From positions 1-38,797 of the forward strand of contig CAXUCS010000003.1 in the NCBI GenBank assembly GCA_964249365.1: a stretch of DNA of 38,797 bases, written 5' to 3'. Every line of letters starts with the position of its first letter. The stretch's first letter is position 1. A program made the translations under genes and the position numbers. Source of the stretch: an uncultured Caulobacteraceae bacterium. Its GTDB lineage: Bacteria > Pseudomonadota > Alphaproteobacteria > Caulobacterales > Caulobacteraceae. Positions 10,482 to 22,170 of the stretch are shown in pieces. The notes under the pieces were generated by a model. It had not been told where the DNA came from. It ran no database searches and was given only the letters and a program-made list of their open reading frames with translations.

Positions 10482-10820
10482 CGTTCTACGGCGCGCCGGT
10501 GGAAGACCGGCCATCGACTGGCCTCAGGGGTTCATGATGGCCACCGGCATTTAAACCGGACCGTCCGTGCTCCCCTATATCGGCACACACGTGACCCGTC
10601 TCGCATTGTGAGACACTGAAGATGAATGGTTTACAGTCGTGCCTCCTAACCTGAACGGGGTCAACTTCGAAAGCCGGTACACAGTAGGCCTTTCCATCGG
10701 CACCCTCCAGTACAGGTCGATGCCGCCGATCGCGCGCTGCGACCTGCTCAGCTTCAGCGAAGCCTTATGCAGCTCCGTCGGCGATGTCAGATTGCCCCGA
10801 CCTCGAGGGCTCGTCCCACC

Positions 10821-11006
10821 ATGCCGGCCAGCGACCTGCAGACCGATACCGCTGATCGCGACGGCCGGCCCAAAGTCCTGACCTTCGCCCCTGCCGGTTC
10901 AGCGGCGTCCCGACCTGAGCTGATCCAGATCGTCAGGCTGCTGGCCCGTCAGGCCGCTCGGAAGTATCACGAGAGCCAGCGTAACGGGGCGCCCGGCCCC
11001 GCATGA
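10821..11006 (+). CDS. small hypothetical protein of the kind found upstream of alphaproteobacterial large serine recombinases
   Basis: LIQIVRLLARQAARK motif; the stop overlaps (ATGA) the recombinase remnant start. Confidence 0.6.
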   Translation: MPASDLQTDTADRDGRPKVLTFAPAGSAASRPELIQIVRLLARQAARKYHESQRNGAPGPA

Positions 11007-11709
11007 TGATCTCCAAGGACCTGCTCGGCTGCGGGACGGCTCGCACCAAAGACACCTGCGCCAACCGGCTCAACATCCGCCGCGACGCTCTGGAAGCGTC
11101 GGTGCTGGACGGCCTACGCCACCACTTGATGGAGCCGGCGCTGTTCCGCGAGTTCTGCGAGGAGTCCACTCGCGAGGTGAACCGCTTGCGCATTTCGGAG
11201 ACGGCGTCGATCACAGCGGCGCAGTCGGAGTTCGTGCGTGTGAAGCGCGATATCGACCGCACTATCCAGGCGATCCTGGACGGGGTGCCGGGATCCACGG
11301 TGAAGGACAAGATGGGCCGCCTTGAGGCCGCAAGGAGGAGCTGACCGATCAGCTCGCCCGGGCGGAGCGTCTTTCTCCGCTGCTGCACTCCATCCTCGCC
11401 CAGGTCTACCGTGAGCGGATCAGCACGCTGGGCGAGGCGCTCGGCCGGGCGGACACCCGGTCCGAAGCGGCGGAGGCGACCCGCTCGCTGGTGAGCGGCA
11501 TCGAGCTGGCGCCAGAGGACGGCCGGCTCGCGATCGTGCTGCGCGGCGACTTGGCGGCGATGCTGTTGTTCGCGGACGGCCGGAAGCCCGGCGCTCCACC
11601 TTTGGAGGCCGGGCTTTTGGGTGCGGTGGTACCGCAAGAATCATTGGGTGCGGGGACGCGCAACCAACGATTCTTGCGCTTGGCGGAGTTCCGGCAAAAA
11701 GCTGCATAG
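11003..11709 (+). pseudogene. large serine recombinase, C-terminal remnant (Zn-ribbon/coiled coil)
   Basis: GCGTARTKDTCANRLNIRRDALEASVL.GLR..LM.P..F.EF, coiled coil, then RSLVSGIEL.P....L.I.LRGDLA.ML and terminal SLGAGTRNQR. Catalytic and recombinase domains absent; frameshift near 11330. Confidence 0.85.
11644..11667. other. att-like imperfect inverted repeat
   Basis: TTGGGTGCG-gggacg-CGCAACCAA (one mismatch) at the recombinase 3' end; the arm resembles a tRNA 3' end (CGCAACCA). Confidence 0.55.
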
Positions 11710-11878
11710 GCGGCTTTTGGACCGCGGTGCCCGACGGAGCGAAGTTGCCGGTTAAAGGCCAGCGCTCGTCCACACAGGACGGCCGTGTCCAAAGCAAGCT
11801 AGACTTCGAGTTGAGGGCCGGCAATCCAGGACCCAGACTGGCCGCCCGATCGCCGAAGCGCTAACCTTCGTGCTCGAA

Positions 11879-11922
11879 CTATGCAGCTTCGGAATAGAAC
11901 GCTTCCCCAAATGCATTGGACT
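11879..11922 (+). promoter_or_regulatory. LysR-type box plus conserved downstream element, upstream of the TonB receptor operon
   Basis: CTATGC-N7-GAATAG-N13-ATGCATTGGACT. Confidence 0.7.
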
Positions 11923-12048
11923 TGGGTGCACCGAGCGCCCTTCTAAGGCGTCAGCGGCAAACAGCCGACGTTACATGCAGCTCTGACCCAGGCAAAAAAC
12001 CTGGGCAGGTAAGCCAAAGAAAAACTAGAATGCCAGGCGGGGAGCGAA

Positions 12049-14541
12049 ATGCTGAAGTTAAAGTTGGCGCTACTAAGCAGTGTAGTCATCGTGACATCCC
12101 AATCGAATATTTGCTTCGCGCAGGACGTCGTACAGGCTCCAGGTGCCAACACTACCCCGGCTTCGACCTCGCCACCCTCCGCGAGCGTGCCTGAGGTCAT
12201 CGTCACGGCCCAGAAGCGTAGCGAGAACATCAACAAGGTGGGTCTGTCAGTCCAGGCTCTCAGCGGCGACCAGCTAATCCAGCTTGGCGCCAAAGACACC
12301 GCCCAGCTTTCGAAAGCTATATCAGGCTTCAATTTCACGCAGACTGAAAATGGAACGCCGATCTACACGATCCGAGGCGTAGGCTTCCAGGACCTGTCGC
12401 TAGCTTCCAATCCCACGGTGAGCGTCTACCGGGACGAGATACCGCTTCCGTACGCCATCGAGTCTGCTGGCGCGAGCCTTGATTTGCAGCGGGTCGAAGT
12501 TCTGAAAGGGCCTCAAGGCACCCTTTTCGGAGAGAACGCGACGGGAGGCGCCATCAACTACATCGTCAACAAGCCAACGGATCATTTCGTCGCTGGCTTG
12601 GACGCAAGCTATAGTCGCTTCAACAGGCTGGACGTTGAGGGCTACCTTGGTGGTCCGATTACCGACACCCTCGACTATCGGGCCGCCGTGCGCGTGGTGA
12701 ATAGCGACGACTGGCAGGTCAGCAACTACAACGGTGCGACCTCCGGCGCGGCACGCTTCTACGACGGACGTGTCAGCCTCCTGTGGAAGCCGACCTCAAG
12801 GCTGAAGGCTCTGTTCACCGTCGAGGGCTGGATCGACAACACCGATGACCAGCAGGCGCAGCTGTTCGGCTTCAACTATGTGCGCTCGGGCGGCAACAAC
12901 ATCACTCAAACCGGGGGCAAGATTGATCCACGCATCCTCGCCTACCCGCTGGCGCTTCAGAATGACCGCTCCGCCGGCTTTGGGGCTTGTGTGAACACCT
13001 CGCCGTTTGACACGCCACTGGACAATATTGCCAAGCCGTACGGGTATTCGCCGACACGGGCGGTGACGCCCAGCAACTGCACCGGTTTCGAGCGGGATAA
13101 CACCTTCTATTCCGGGTCAGCCCGGTTAGACTACGACATCGGCGGCGACATGACCCTGACGTCGCTGACGACCTACGAACTCTTCGACCGGTACCAGCCG
13201 GTGGACGATGACGGTACGGTCTACCAGAATTACGAGAACGTCTTTACCGGCCATTTGGCGACCGCCTATCAAGAACTGCGACTGGCCGGGAAGTTCTACG
13301 GGCGCGGCAGCTGGATCGTCGGCGGCAACTACGAGCACGACGGCACAGCGGATTCGTTCCTGAACAGCCTGAACGACTCGAGCACGTCGGTGGTGGACGG
13401 CATCCTGCTTGGTCCATCAGTGACGGCGAGCAAGCAGCAAAATAACACATACGCCGCCTTCGGCGACTTCCAGTACCCGGTCCTGCAGAAGCTCACCTTG
13501 GACGCCGGCGCACGCTTCACCCAGTCCGACCAGAGCTATAACGGTTGCGCCTACGACGGCGGCGACGGCTCCATCTCCAACCTGTTCTACCTCTTGCAGG
13601 TCGCGTCGGAAAAAGCGGGCAAAGATCCCGTCGTGGCGGTGAACCGCGGTCCGGGCGGCTGCGACACCCTCTCCGCCGCTCCGACCTTCGTCCCACCGGC
13701 CGGCGGCTACGATCTGAGGCTCGACCAAAACAACGTGTCCTGGCGGGTGGGACTGGACTACAACGCGACGCCGGGCACACTGCTCTACGTCGACGTTAGC
13801 CGCGGCTATAAGGCAGGCAGTTTCCCCACGCTCTCCGCCCTGACCTATTTGCAGCTGCAACCTGCGGTTCAAGAGAGCCTCCTGGCTTACGAGGTCGGCG
13901 AAAAATCGCGGCTTTTACACTCCACCCTGCAGCTGAATAGCGCCTTCTTCTACTATGACTATACAAATAAACAGGTTCTCGGCGACACGCCCACAATCTT
14001 CGGGTCGCTGCCGAGGCTCGTCAACGTGCCGACCTCGCACGTGATCGGGGTAGAGGCGTCGGCGGTTTGGCGCCCGATCCCGCCTCTGACGATCACGCCA
14101 TCCATCAGCTATGCGCACAGCGAAATCGACGGCGACTTCTCCAACTACACACCCTTCGGCCAAGTGGCCGACTTCAAGGGCGAGCCGTTTCCGAACGCGC
14201 CGGAGCTGACGGGCAACGTCGACGCGCAGTACACTTGGAGGCTAAGCGATCAACTTGAGGCGTATGTCGGCAGCAACGCCAATTACCAGTCAGGAACGAG
14301 CGCGGCGCTCTACGATCGAACGTCGACTATCGTGGCGCCGACCCAGCTCGACCTGCCACATTACTGGCTGGTGGATATGCGCGCCGGCGTCAACCGTGGG
14401 CCGGTCAGCTTGCAGATCTGGGGGCGAAACATAACCGACAAATACTATTGGAACAATGCACGGCCCATTAACGACGTCTTGGTGCGCTACGCCGGCCGGC
14501 CCGTTACCTATGGCGCCACCCTAACCTACCGCTATCAATGA
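12049..14541 (+). CDS. TonB-dependent receptor
   Basis: Signal peptide, EVIVTAQKRSE TonB-box/plug start, RVEVLKGPQGTLFGENATGGAIN, C-terminal YGATLTYRY. Confidence 0.97.
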   Translation: MLKLKLALLSSVVIVTSQSNICFAQDVVQAPGANTTPASTSPPSASVPEVIVTAQKRSENINKVGLSVQALSGDQLIQLGAKDTAQLSKAISGFNFTQTENGTPIYTIRGVGFQDLSLASNPTVSVYRDEIPLPYAIESAGASLDLQRVEVLKGPQGTLFGENATGGAINYIVNKPTDHFVAGLDASYSRFNRLDVEGYLGGPITDTLDYRAAVRVVNSDDWQVSNYNGATSGAARFYDGRVSLLWKPTSRLKALFTVEGWIDNTDDQQAQLFGFNYVRSGGNNITQTGGKIDPRILAYPLALQNDRSAGFGACVNTSPFDTPLDNIAKPYGYSPTRAVTPSNCTGFERDNTFYSGSARLDYDIGGDMTLTSLTTYELFDRYQPVDDDGTVYQNYENVFTGHLATAYQELRLAGKFYGRGSWIVGGNYEHDGTADSFLNSLNDSSTSVVDGILLGPSVTASKQQNNTYAAFGDFQYPVLQKLTLDAGARFTQSDQSYNGCAYDGGDGSISNLFYLLQVASEKAGKDPVVAVNRGPGGCDTLSAAPTFVPPAGGYDLRLDQNNVSWRVGLDYNATPGTLLYVDVSRGYKAGSFPTLSALTYLQLQPAVQESLLAYEVGEKSRLLHSTLQLNSAFFYYDYTNKQVLGDTPTIFGSLPRLVNVPTSHVIGVEASAVWRPIPPLTITPSISYAHSEIDGDFSNYTPFGQVADFKGEPFPNAPELTGNVDAQYTWRLSDQLEAYVGSNANYQSGTSAALYDRTSTIVAPTQLDLPHYWLVDMRAGVNRGPVSLQIWGRNITDKYYWNNARPINDVLVRYAGRPVTYGATLTYRYQ

Positions 14542-15032
14542 AGCCTGAGCCGCCCCTTGAACGCGCGACGGACGAGGTGGTGCGGGCGGTCACGCTCGCT
14601 CTCGTCCAGGACTACCTGCGACTCCTTTCGGCGCAGCAATGGGAGCCATGGATCGCGCTGTGGGCCGAGGACGGGGAGCTGGAGTTTCCATACGCGCCTA
14701 GCGGCCGACGACGCCTGTACCAGGGCAAGCCGCACATCCTAGCCTACATGCAAGGGACTTCGGGCAAGGTGGCGGTCGACGGGATCGCCTACTCCCGCGT
14801 CCTCCCAATGCTCGATCCTCGTTTGGCGTGCATGGAACTCGGCATCCAAGGACACGTGCCAACCAACGGCGTCCGCTACGACCAGACCTACGTCGCCATG
14901 TTCGAGACTAAGGGCGGACAGCTCTGGCGGTACCGAGAGTACTGGAACCCGCTGATCTCCATGGACGCCTTCGGCGGCCGGGAGGCCTGGACCAACGCCT
15001 TCGGCAACCCTGAGGAAGGACATACCACATGA
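14538..15032 (+). CDS. SnoaL-like / PhzA-B-like NTF2-fold protein
   Basis: LWAEDGELEFPYAP...YDQTYVAMFETKGG...YREYWNPL; ATGA overlap with the receptor. Confidence 0.85.
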   Translation: MKPEPPLERATDEVVRAVTLALVQDYLRLLSAQQWEPWIALWAEDGELEFPYAPSGRRRLYQGKPHILAYMQGTSGKVAVDGIAYSRVLPMLDPRLACMELGIQGHVPTNGVRYDQTYVAMFETKGGQLWRYREYWNPLISMDAFGGREAWTNAFGNPEEGHTT

Positions 15033-15865
15033 GTCGCAAAGTGCTGATCACGGGGGGAACGGGCAAGACCGGGCGAAGACTGGCCGAGCGGCTCGCCGAG
15101 GCAGGCGTCGCTCATCGCGTAGGCTCCAGGCGCGGCTCGCCGCCCTTTGACTGGGGCGTTCCCGCCACCTGGGATGCCGCGCTGGAGGGCATTGACGCCC
15201 TCTATCTCTTGGCCCCGCCGACTTTGCCTGACCCGGTCGGCCCGATGATCGCTTTCGCCAAGCTCGCGGCGGCTTTAGGCGTAAACCGCTTCGTGCTCCT
15301 CAGCTACTCGCCGATTCCCGCTGGCGGGCCGCAGCTCGGGCAGGTGCACCAGTGGCTAATGGGCAACGCCTCCGACTGGGCTGTTCTGCGGCCGACATGG
15401 TTCATGCAGAACTTCAGCGAAGGCCAGCACCTCGCGACCATCCGCGACGAGGACGCCATCTACTCGGCCACGGGCTCCGGGCGCACGCCCTTCATCAGCG
15501 CGGACGACATTGCGAGCGCGGCCTCGGCCGCGCTCCTGGCGGAGACGCCGCTTAACCAGGACTACATCCTGACCAACGACGCGCTCCTCTCCTACGATCA
15601 AGTCGCCGCGATCATCGGCGATGCGGTGGGCCGCTCCATCCGCCACCGGGCCATCTCCGCCGAGGCGTTGACCGAGCGCTTTCGGGCCCGCGGCCTACCG
15701 GACGCTTATGCCGCGACGGCCGCCCGCATGGACCAGATGATTGCGGGAGGCGCGGAGGACCGCACCACCGATGCGCTGAGGCAGCTGACCGGACAAGCGC
15801 CCGTGGACTTCGCAGCCTTCGCCAAGACGAATGCGGCAACCTGGGCCAAGAAGGGCCCAGCGTGA
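15029..15865 (+). CDS. NmrA-like NAD(P)H oxidoreductase (EasG/agroclavine dehydrogenase-like family)
   Basis: VLITGGTGKTGRR, FDW, WAVLRPTWFMQNFSEG.H..TIR....IYSATG.G..PFISADDIA. Confidence 0.88.
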   Translation: MSRKVLITGGTGKTGRRLAERLAEAGVAHRVGSRRGSPPFDWGVPATWDAALEGIDALYLLAPPTLPDPVGPMIAFAKLAAALGVNRFVLLSYSPIPAGGPQLGQVHQWLMGNASDWAVLRPTWFMQNFSEGQHLATIRDEDAIYSATGSGRTPFISADDIASAASAALLAETPLNQDYILTNDALLSYDQVAAIIGDAVGRSIRHRAISAEALTERFRARGLPDAYAATAARMDQMIAGGAEDRTTDALRQLTGQAPVDFAAFAKTNAATWAKKGPA

Positions 15866-17277
15866 ATCTGGCCATGCACTCGTTCGGTCCCGAGGCGCTG
15901 GAGTCTGCGCGGGTGCTAGAGGCGTCCGGCTCGCCCACACCGGAGCGCGTCGACCTAGACCGACTGCTGGATGAACATCCAGCAACCCCGCTACATCTCC
16001 TCATCACGCTTCTTGGCTTTGCCGTTCTCCTTGTTGACGGTTACGACCTTTTCGTCACAAGTCAGCTGCTGCCGCCTATCGCGAGCAGTTTCCATGTCCA
16101 CACCGCCGCCCTGACATCGAGCTATGCGGTTCAGCTGGTCGGCTCGGCGCTCGGAACCTTCGTAATCGGGCCGATAGCGGATCGTCTTGGCCGGCGGCCG
16201 GCTCTCCTGACCTCTCTCGGCCTCTTCGGGCTCGCAACACTCGCAAGCGTGGGCTGCTCTAACACCACGACCTTCAACGTCACCCGTTTCATGGCCGGTT
16301 TTCTGGGCGGCGGACTCATGCCGATCGCGGTCAGCCTCGTCGCTGACGTCGTGCCTCGGCGTTGGAGGGGCGCGCTCATCGGTGCCGTCTACGGCGGCCT
16401 TACGATAGGCCCGCTCGGCTCGGCTTTGGCGACCGGTCAACTCCTGGGTGTCTTCGGCTGGAGGAGCGCCTATTGGATCGGGGGCTTGATGCCGCTTATG
16501 CTGTGGCCTTTTGCTTTCGCGTTCGTAGCCGAGTCGCCGCGCCTGCTCGCCCGGCGCAACCCGGCCGATCCACGCATCCGGCGTGCACTCCGCGGCCTCG
16601 GTGTGCGCTCCATCGGAAAGGTGTTCCTCACCGAGCCGGCCCGACACGCGAACCCGGTCGTCGGTCTTTTTCGCGGCGGTCGAGGGGTTCTGACACTCGC
16701 CCTCTGGCTCGCTTCAGTCCTCAGCCTCATGGCGGTGACGCTGTACACACTCCTAGGCGCTTTCTACCATGAGTTCGACGGCATTCCGCTGGCGCATTTC
16801 GCCGGCTATCTCACCTTAGCGCTCATCGGCAGCGCGGCGGCCGTGTTCGGCGTAGGCCCCGTTATGGATCGCATCGGCGCCTACCGCAGCCTGTTTGTCC
16901 TGGCGCTCGGCGGCGCCATAGACGTTGTCGCGCTTGCCGGCCTGAAGGTCGGAACGCCAGCCTTCGACTTGACGATCTTCCTCGGCGGCTTCGCAGTGGC
17001 AGGCGCCCAGCAGTCGCTCAACATCCTTACGCCAGTGCTTTATCCGGCCGCCATGCGCGCCGCCGCCGTCGGCTGGAAGGGCGGCCTGAGTCGGCTCGCG
17101 AGCGCCGCCGCGCCCGCTCTCGGCGGCATGATTATGGCGCGCCGCGCGGGGCTCCCCGTCGCGCTCACCGTCACCGCTGTCCCGCTTGTGCTGCTGGCGC
17201 TCGGGACGCCGCTGCTGGCCCAAATTGCGCGCCGCACGGCGGAGCGAACGGCAGAACCTGACGCCGGCGCGACCTGA
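15862..17277 (+). CDS. MFS transporter, aromatic acid:H+ symporter (PcaK/BenK-like) type
   Basis: DGYDL in TM1, GPIADRLGRRP, GWRSAYWIGG, ESPRLL, LYPAAMRA..VGW. Confidence 0.9.
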   Translation: MNLAMHSFGPEALESARVLEASGSPTPERVDLDRLLDEHPATPLHLLITLLGFAVLLVDGYDLFVTSQLLPPIASSFHVHTAALTSSYAVQLVGSALGTFVIGPIADRLGRRPALLTSLGLFGLATLASVGCSNTTTFNVTRFMAGFLGGGLMPIAVSLVADVVPRRWRGALIGAVYGGLTIGPLGSALATGQLLGVFGWRSAYWIGGLMPLMLWPFAFAFVAESPRLLARRNPADPRIRRALRGLGVRSIGKVFLTEPARHANPVVGLFRGGRGVLTLALWLASVLSLMAVTLYTLLGAFYHEFDGIPLAHFAGYLTLALIGSAAAVFGVGPVMDRIGAYRSLFVLALGGAIDVVALAGLKVGTPAFDLTIFLGGFAVAGAQQSLNILTPVLYPAAMRAAAVGWKGGLSRLASAAAPALGGMIMARRAGLPVALTVTAVPLVLLALGTPLLAQIARRTAERTAEPDAGAT

Positions 17278-17375
17278 CCGGGGCCGCAGTGGCTGTGGTC
17301 GCACAAAACGCTGATGCGGGAAAGTACCTTGGCGGCCTGGGCACCGTCGAGGGCTGTAGATGAGGAGCGGCGCGC

Positions 17376-18533
17376 GTGTTCGAATTCTTTGAAGGCAACT
17401 ACCCTTGGAACATGGCGGTAGTAACTCTTGTGGAGGAGGTGGGCACGATTTCTGAGCCTTCCTCGGTCTTAGAGGCTTTAAAAGCCGTCGCTCGCCAGCC
17501 GCCGGAGATCGCGAGCCCCGCCTGGCGCGACGCAATGCAGGCGCTCGGCGAGCGCCTGGAGCGGGAGGCAGACGAGGACGAGGGCCGCGGCCACCTGCTC
17601 TCCGCGTCCCGCAAACATCACCGCGCCGCCATGTACTTCGTCCGGGCCGAGCGGATGGTGAGCCACACCGATCCGCTTCGCTTACCGCTCTACCGGCGCG
17701 CGCTGCACGCCTACCGCAAGGCGCGCGAGCTCAACCGTGACCCCATAAACTTCGTGGAGGTGGCCTACGGGGGCAGCGCGATCCCAGGGCTGTTCTTGCG
17801 CGGCGAGGGCGAGGGGCCGAGGCCGACCGTGCTCCACCTGCAGGGCTTCGACAGTCTGAAGGAGACTCAGTACCCCTACCTCGACGGCTACCGTCCGCGC
17901 GGCATGAACGCCCTGATCGTCGACCAGCCGGGCGCGGGCGAGGCGCTGAGGTTGAACGGCCTGGTGGGCGTGATCGAGACGGAGACCTACGTCGCAGCGC
18001 TCCTGGACTACCTCCAGGGCCGCCCAGACGTCGACGGCGAGTCGATCGGCCTCTGCGGCATGAGCATGGGCGGCTTCTTCGCGCCTCGTGCCGCAGCCCA
18101 CGAGCCGAGGGTCAAGGCCTGCGCGGCCTGGGGCGCGCTCTACGAGGCCGCGCCGCTCTACCGCGGCATCATCGAGAAGGCCAGGGGCGCGGAGGTCTCG
18201 CTGCCGGACACCATCGGGCACGCGCTCTGGACCTTCGGCTGCTCGACTCTCGAGGAGCTGGAGGCCTTTTTCGGCCGCATGACGCTGGAGCCGGTGATCG
18301 GCCGGCTCACCTGCCCGCTCCTCGTCACCCACGGGGAGAACGACCGCCAAGTGCCGCTCGCGCAGGCCCGGCGCACGGTGGAGGAGGCCGGGAGCACCGA
18401 CAAGGAGCTGAAGGTCTTCACCAAGGCCGAGGGCGGGGCCGAGCACTGCCAGCTCGATAACCGCTACCGCGGCGCCGACTACGTAGCCGACTGGTTCGCC
18501 GAGCGCCTCGGCGGCTCGACCAGTGGCGTCTGA
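17376..18533 (+). CDS. alpha/beta hydrolase (2,6-dihydroxypseudooxynicotine hydrolase/FrsA-like family)
   Basis: GFDSLKE, DQPGAGEALR, nucleophile GMSMGG, HGENDRQ, GGAEHCQLDN; GAGGAG before GTG. Confidence 0.88.
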   Translation: MFEFFEGNYPWNMAVVTLVEEVGTISEPSSVLEALKAVARQPPEIASPAWRDAMQALGERLEREADEDEGRGHLLSASRKHHRAAMYFVRAERMVSHTDPLRLPLYRRALHAYRKARELNRDPINFVEVAYGGSAIPGLFLRGEGEGPRPTVLHLQGFDSLKETQYPYLDGYRPRGMNALIVDQPGAGEALRLNGLVGVIETETYVAALLDYLQGRPDVDGESIGLCGMSMGGFFAPRAAAHEPRVKACAAWGALYEAAPLYRGIIEKARGAEVSLPDTIGHALWTFGCSTLEELEAFFGRMTLEPVIGRLTCPLLVTHGENDRQVPLAQARRTVEEAGSTDKELKVFTKAEGGAEHCQLDNRYRGADYVADWFAERLGGSTSGV

Positions 18534-18562
18534 CCCTTTCCGCCCTTCCAGGACCAGGACCC

Positions 18563-19435
18563 ATGAGCACCATCATAAGCTGCGCGGTAACCGGCAATCA
18601 GACCACCCGCGAGCACCATCCTGAACTGCCCGTTACACCGGAGGAGATCGCCACGTCGTGCCTGGAGGCCGCCGCGGTCGGCGCCAGCATCGCCCACATC
18701 CACGTCCGCGATCCGGCGACCGGCAAGCCCAGCATGGAGCTCAAGCTCTACCGCGAGGTGGTCGAGCGCATACGCGAGAAGAACAGCGAGATCATCGTCA
18801 ACCTGACCACGGGACCCGGCGGCCGCTTCATCCCCAGCGACGAAGACCCCAAGGTGGCCGCCCCGGGCTCCAGCCTCAGCCTGCCGCACGTGCGGGTGGA
18901 GCACGTGGTGGAGCTGAAGCCCGACATCTGCTCACTCGACCTCAACACCATGTTCTCCGGCAGCTCGGTCGTGATCAACACGCCGAAGAACGTCTCGGAG
19001 ATGGCGCGGCTGATCTACGCGTCCGGGGTGAAGCCCGAATTAGAGGTGTTCGATACGGGCGACATCCACATGGCCAGATATCTGCTCAAGCATAACGTGC
19101 TTAAGGCACCGCCGTTCTTCCAGATCGTGATGGGCGTGAAGTACGGTGCGTCTGCTACGCCTGCTACCCTCACCTACATGCACTCGCTGCTGCCGCCGGA
19201 CGCGGTGTGGTCGGCCTTTGGGATCGGGGCCACGGAGTTCCCCATGGTGGCGCAGAGCTTTCTCCTCGGCGGCCACGTTCGGGTGGGGCTGGAGGACAAC
19301 GTCTACTATTCAAAGGGGCGGCTCGCCCGCGGCAACGCCGAGTTGGTGGAGCGCGCCGCACGCATCATCACCGACCTCGGCGGCTCGGTCGCCACGCCCG
19401 CGGAGGCCCGCCAAATTCTCGGGCTGAAGAGCTGA
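18563..19435 (+). CDS. beta-keto acid cleavage enzyme (BKACE/Kce, DUF849)
   Basis: [49 protein letters not shown]. Confidence 0.95.
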   Translation: MSTIISCAVTGNQTTREHHPELPVTPEEIATSCLEAAAVGASIAHIHVRDPATGKPSMELKLYREVVERIREKNSEIIVNLTTGPGGRFIPSDEDPKVAAPGSSLSLPHVRVEHVVELKPDICSLDLNTMFSGSSVVINTPKNVSEMARLIYASGVKPELEVFDTGDIHMARYLLKHNVLKAPPFFQIVMGVKYGASATPATLTYMHSLLPPDAVWSAFGIGATEFPMVAQSFLLGGHVRVGLEDNVYYSKGRLARGNAELVERAARIITDLGGSVATPAEARQILGLKS

Positions 19436-20518
19436 GACGCGGGCAGTGTCGGGTCCCCTGCAGAGCCTACGCATCCTTGAGTTCGCAGGGCTAGGCCCAG
19501 CACCCTTCTGCACCATGCTCCTCGCCGACCTTGGCGCGGACGTGGTGCGTATCGACCGGGAAGCGGCGGCGGCCCCGCTCGACGCCATGCTCCACCGGGG
19601 ACGCCCGAGCTTGGCGCTCGACCTGAAGTCGAAGGCGGACCGCGCGGTGGTGCTGGACCTCGTCGCCGGCGCGGACGCGATCATCGAGGGCTTTCGCCCC
19701 GGTGTAATGGAACGCCTCGGCCTCGGCCCGGAGGTGCTGCTCCACGCCAACCCCAGGCTGGTCTATGGCCGCATGACCGGCTGGGGACAGACCGGCCCGT
19801 ACGCCCACACGGCCGGACACGACCTCAACTACATAGCCCTCAGCGGTGCGCTGCACGCAATCGGTCCGGCGGAGAAGCCCGTGCCGCCGCTCAATCTGGT
19901 CGGCGACTTCGGCGGCGGGGCGCTCTACCTCGCCATGGGCCTGCTCGCCGCCGTTCTGCACGCCCGTAAGGAGGGGCGCGGCCAGGTCGTCGACTGCGCC
20001 ATGACTGATGGCGCCGCCTCTCTGATGACCATGACGTACGGGCTGAAGGCGGCCGGGCGATGGACGGACGAGCGCGCTGCCAACCTCCTGGACGGCGGCG
20101 CGCCCTACTACGACACCTACCGATGCGCGTGCGGCGGCTGGATCGCGCTGGGAGCCATCGAACCCCAGTTCTACCGCGAGCTCCTCGACCGGCTCGGGCT
20201 GCACGACCTCCGGCCGGAGGAGCAGGAGGATCGGGCGAGCTGGCCCGAAACGCGCCGCCGCGTCGCCGAAGCCGTCGCCGCCAGGAGCCGGGCGGAGTGG
20301 ATGCAAGCGCTGGAGGGCTCCGACGCCTGCTTCGCCCCCGTGCTGTCGATGGAGGAGGCGCCCCGCCACCCGCACAACCGCGCGCGCGGGACCTTCACCG
20401 AGGTCGACGGCCGCCTCCAACCCGCGCCGGCGCCTCGGTTTTCCGAAACGCCGGGCGCGATCCGCTCGGAGCTGACCGCTGCGCGGCTGAGCCGCGACGA
20501 GGCGCGGGCGCGCTGGGA

Positions 20519-22062
<1,544 letters not shown>

Positions 22063-22063
<1 letters not shown>

Positions 22064-22137
22064 CAGCGCCCCCGAACGGGCGCGGAAACGCTGTCGGCGC
22101 GGCGCTCAGGATGTGATGGGTCGGTGATCGTCTTCAT
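22063..22137 (-). CDS. putative 24-aa leader/coupling peptide
   Basis: GGGAGGA RBS, ATG, MKTITDPSHPERRADSVSAPVRGR, then TGATG overlap with the ligase start. Confidence 0.35.
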
Positions 22138-22170
22138 GGCGTCCTCCCTCTCTTTTTTGTCTTACGGCAG

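Noticed and set aside
11640-11720. Possible tRNA gene at the recombinase end
   Set aside because: Only a short arm resembles a tRNA 3' end; no T-loop or cloverleaf follows.
14538-15865. Phenazine or ergot alkaloid biosynthesis cluster
   Set aside because: No phzD/E/F/G, prenyltransferase, NRPS or PKS genes; importers and beta-oxidation genes indicate catabolism.
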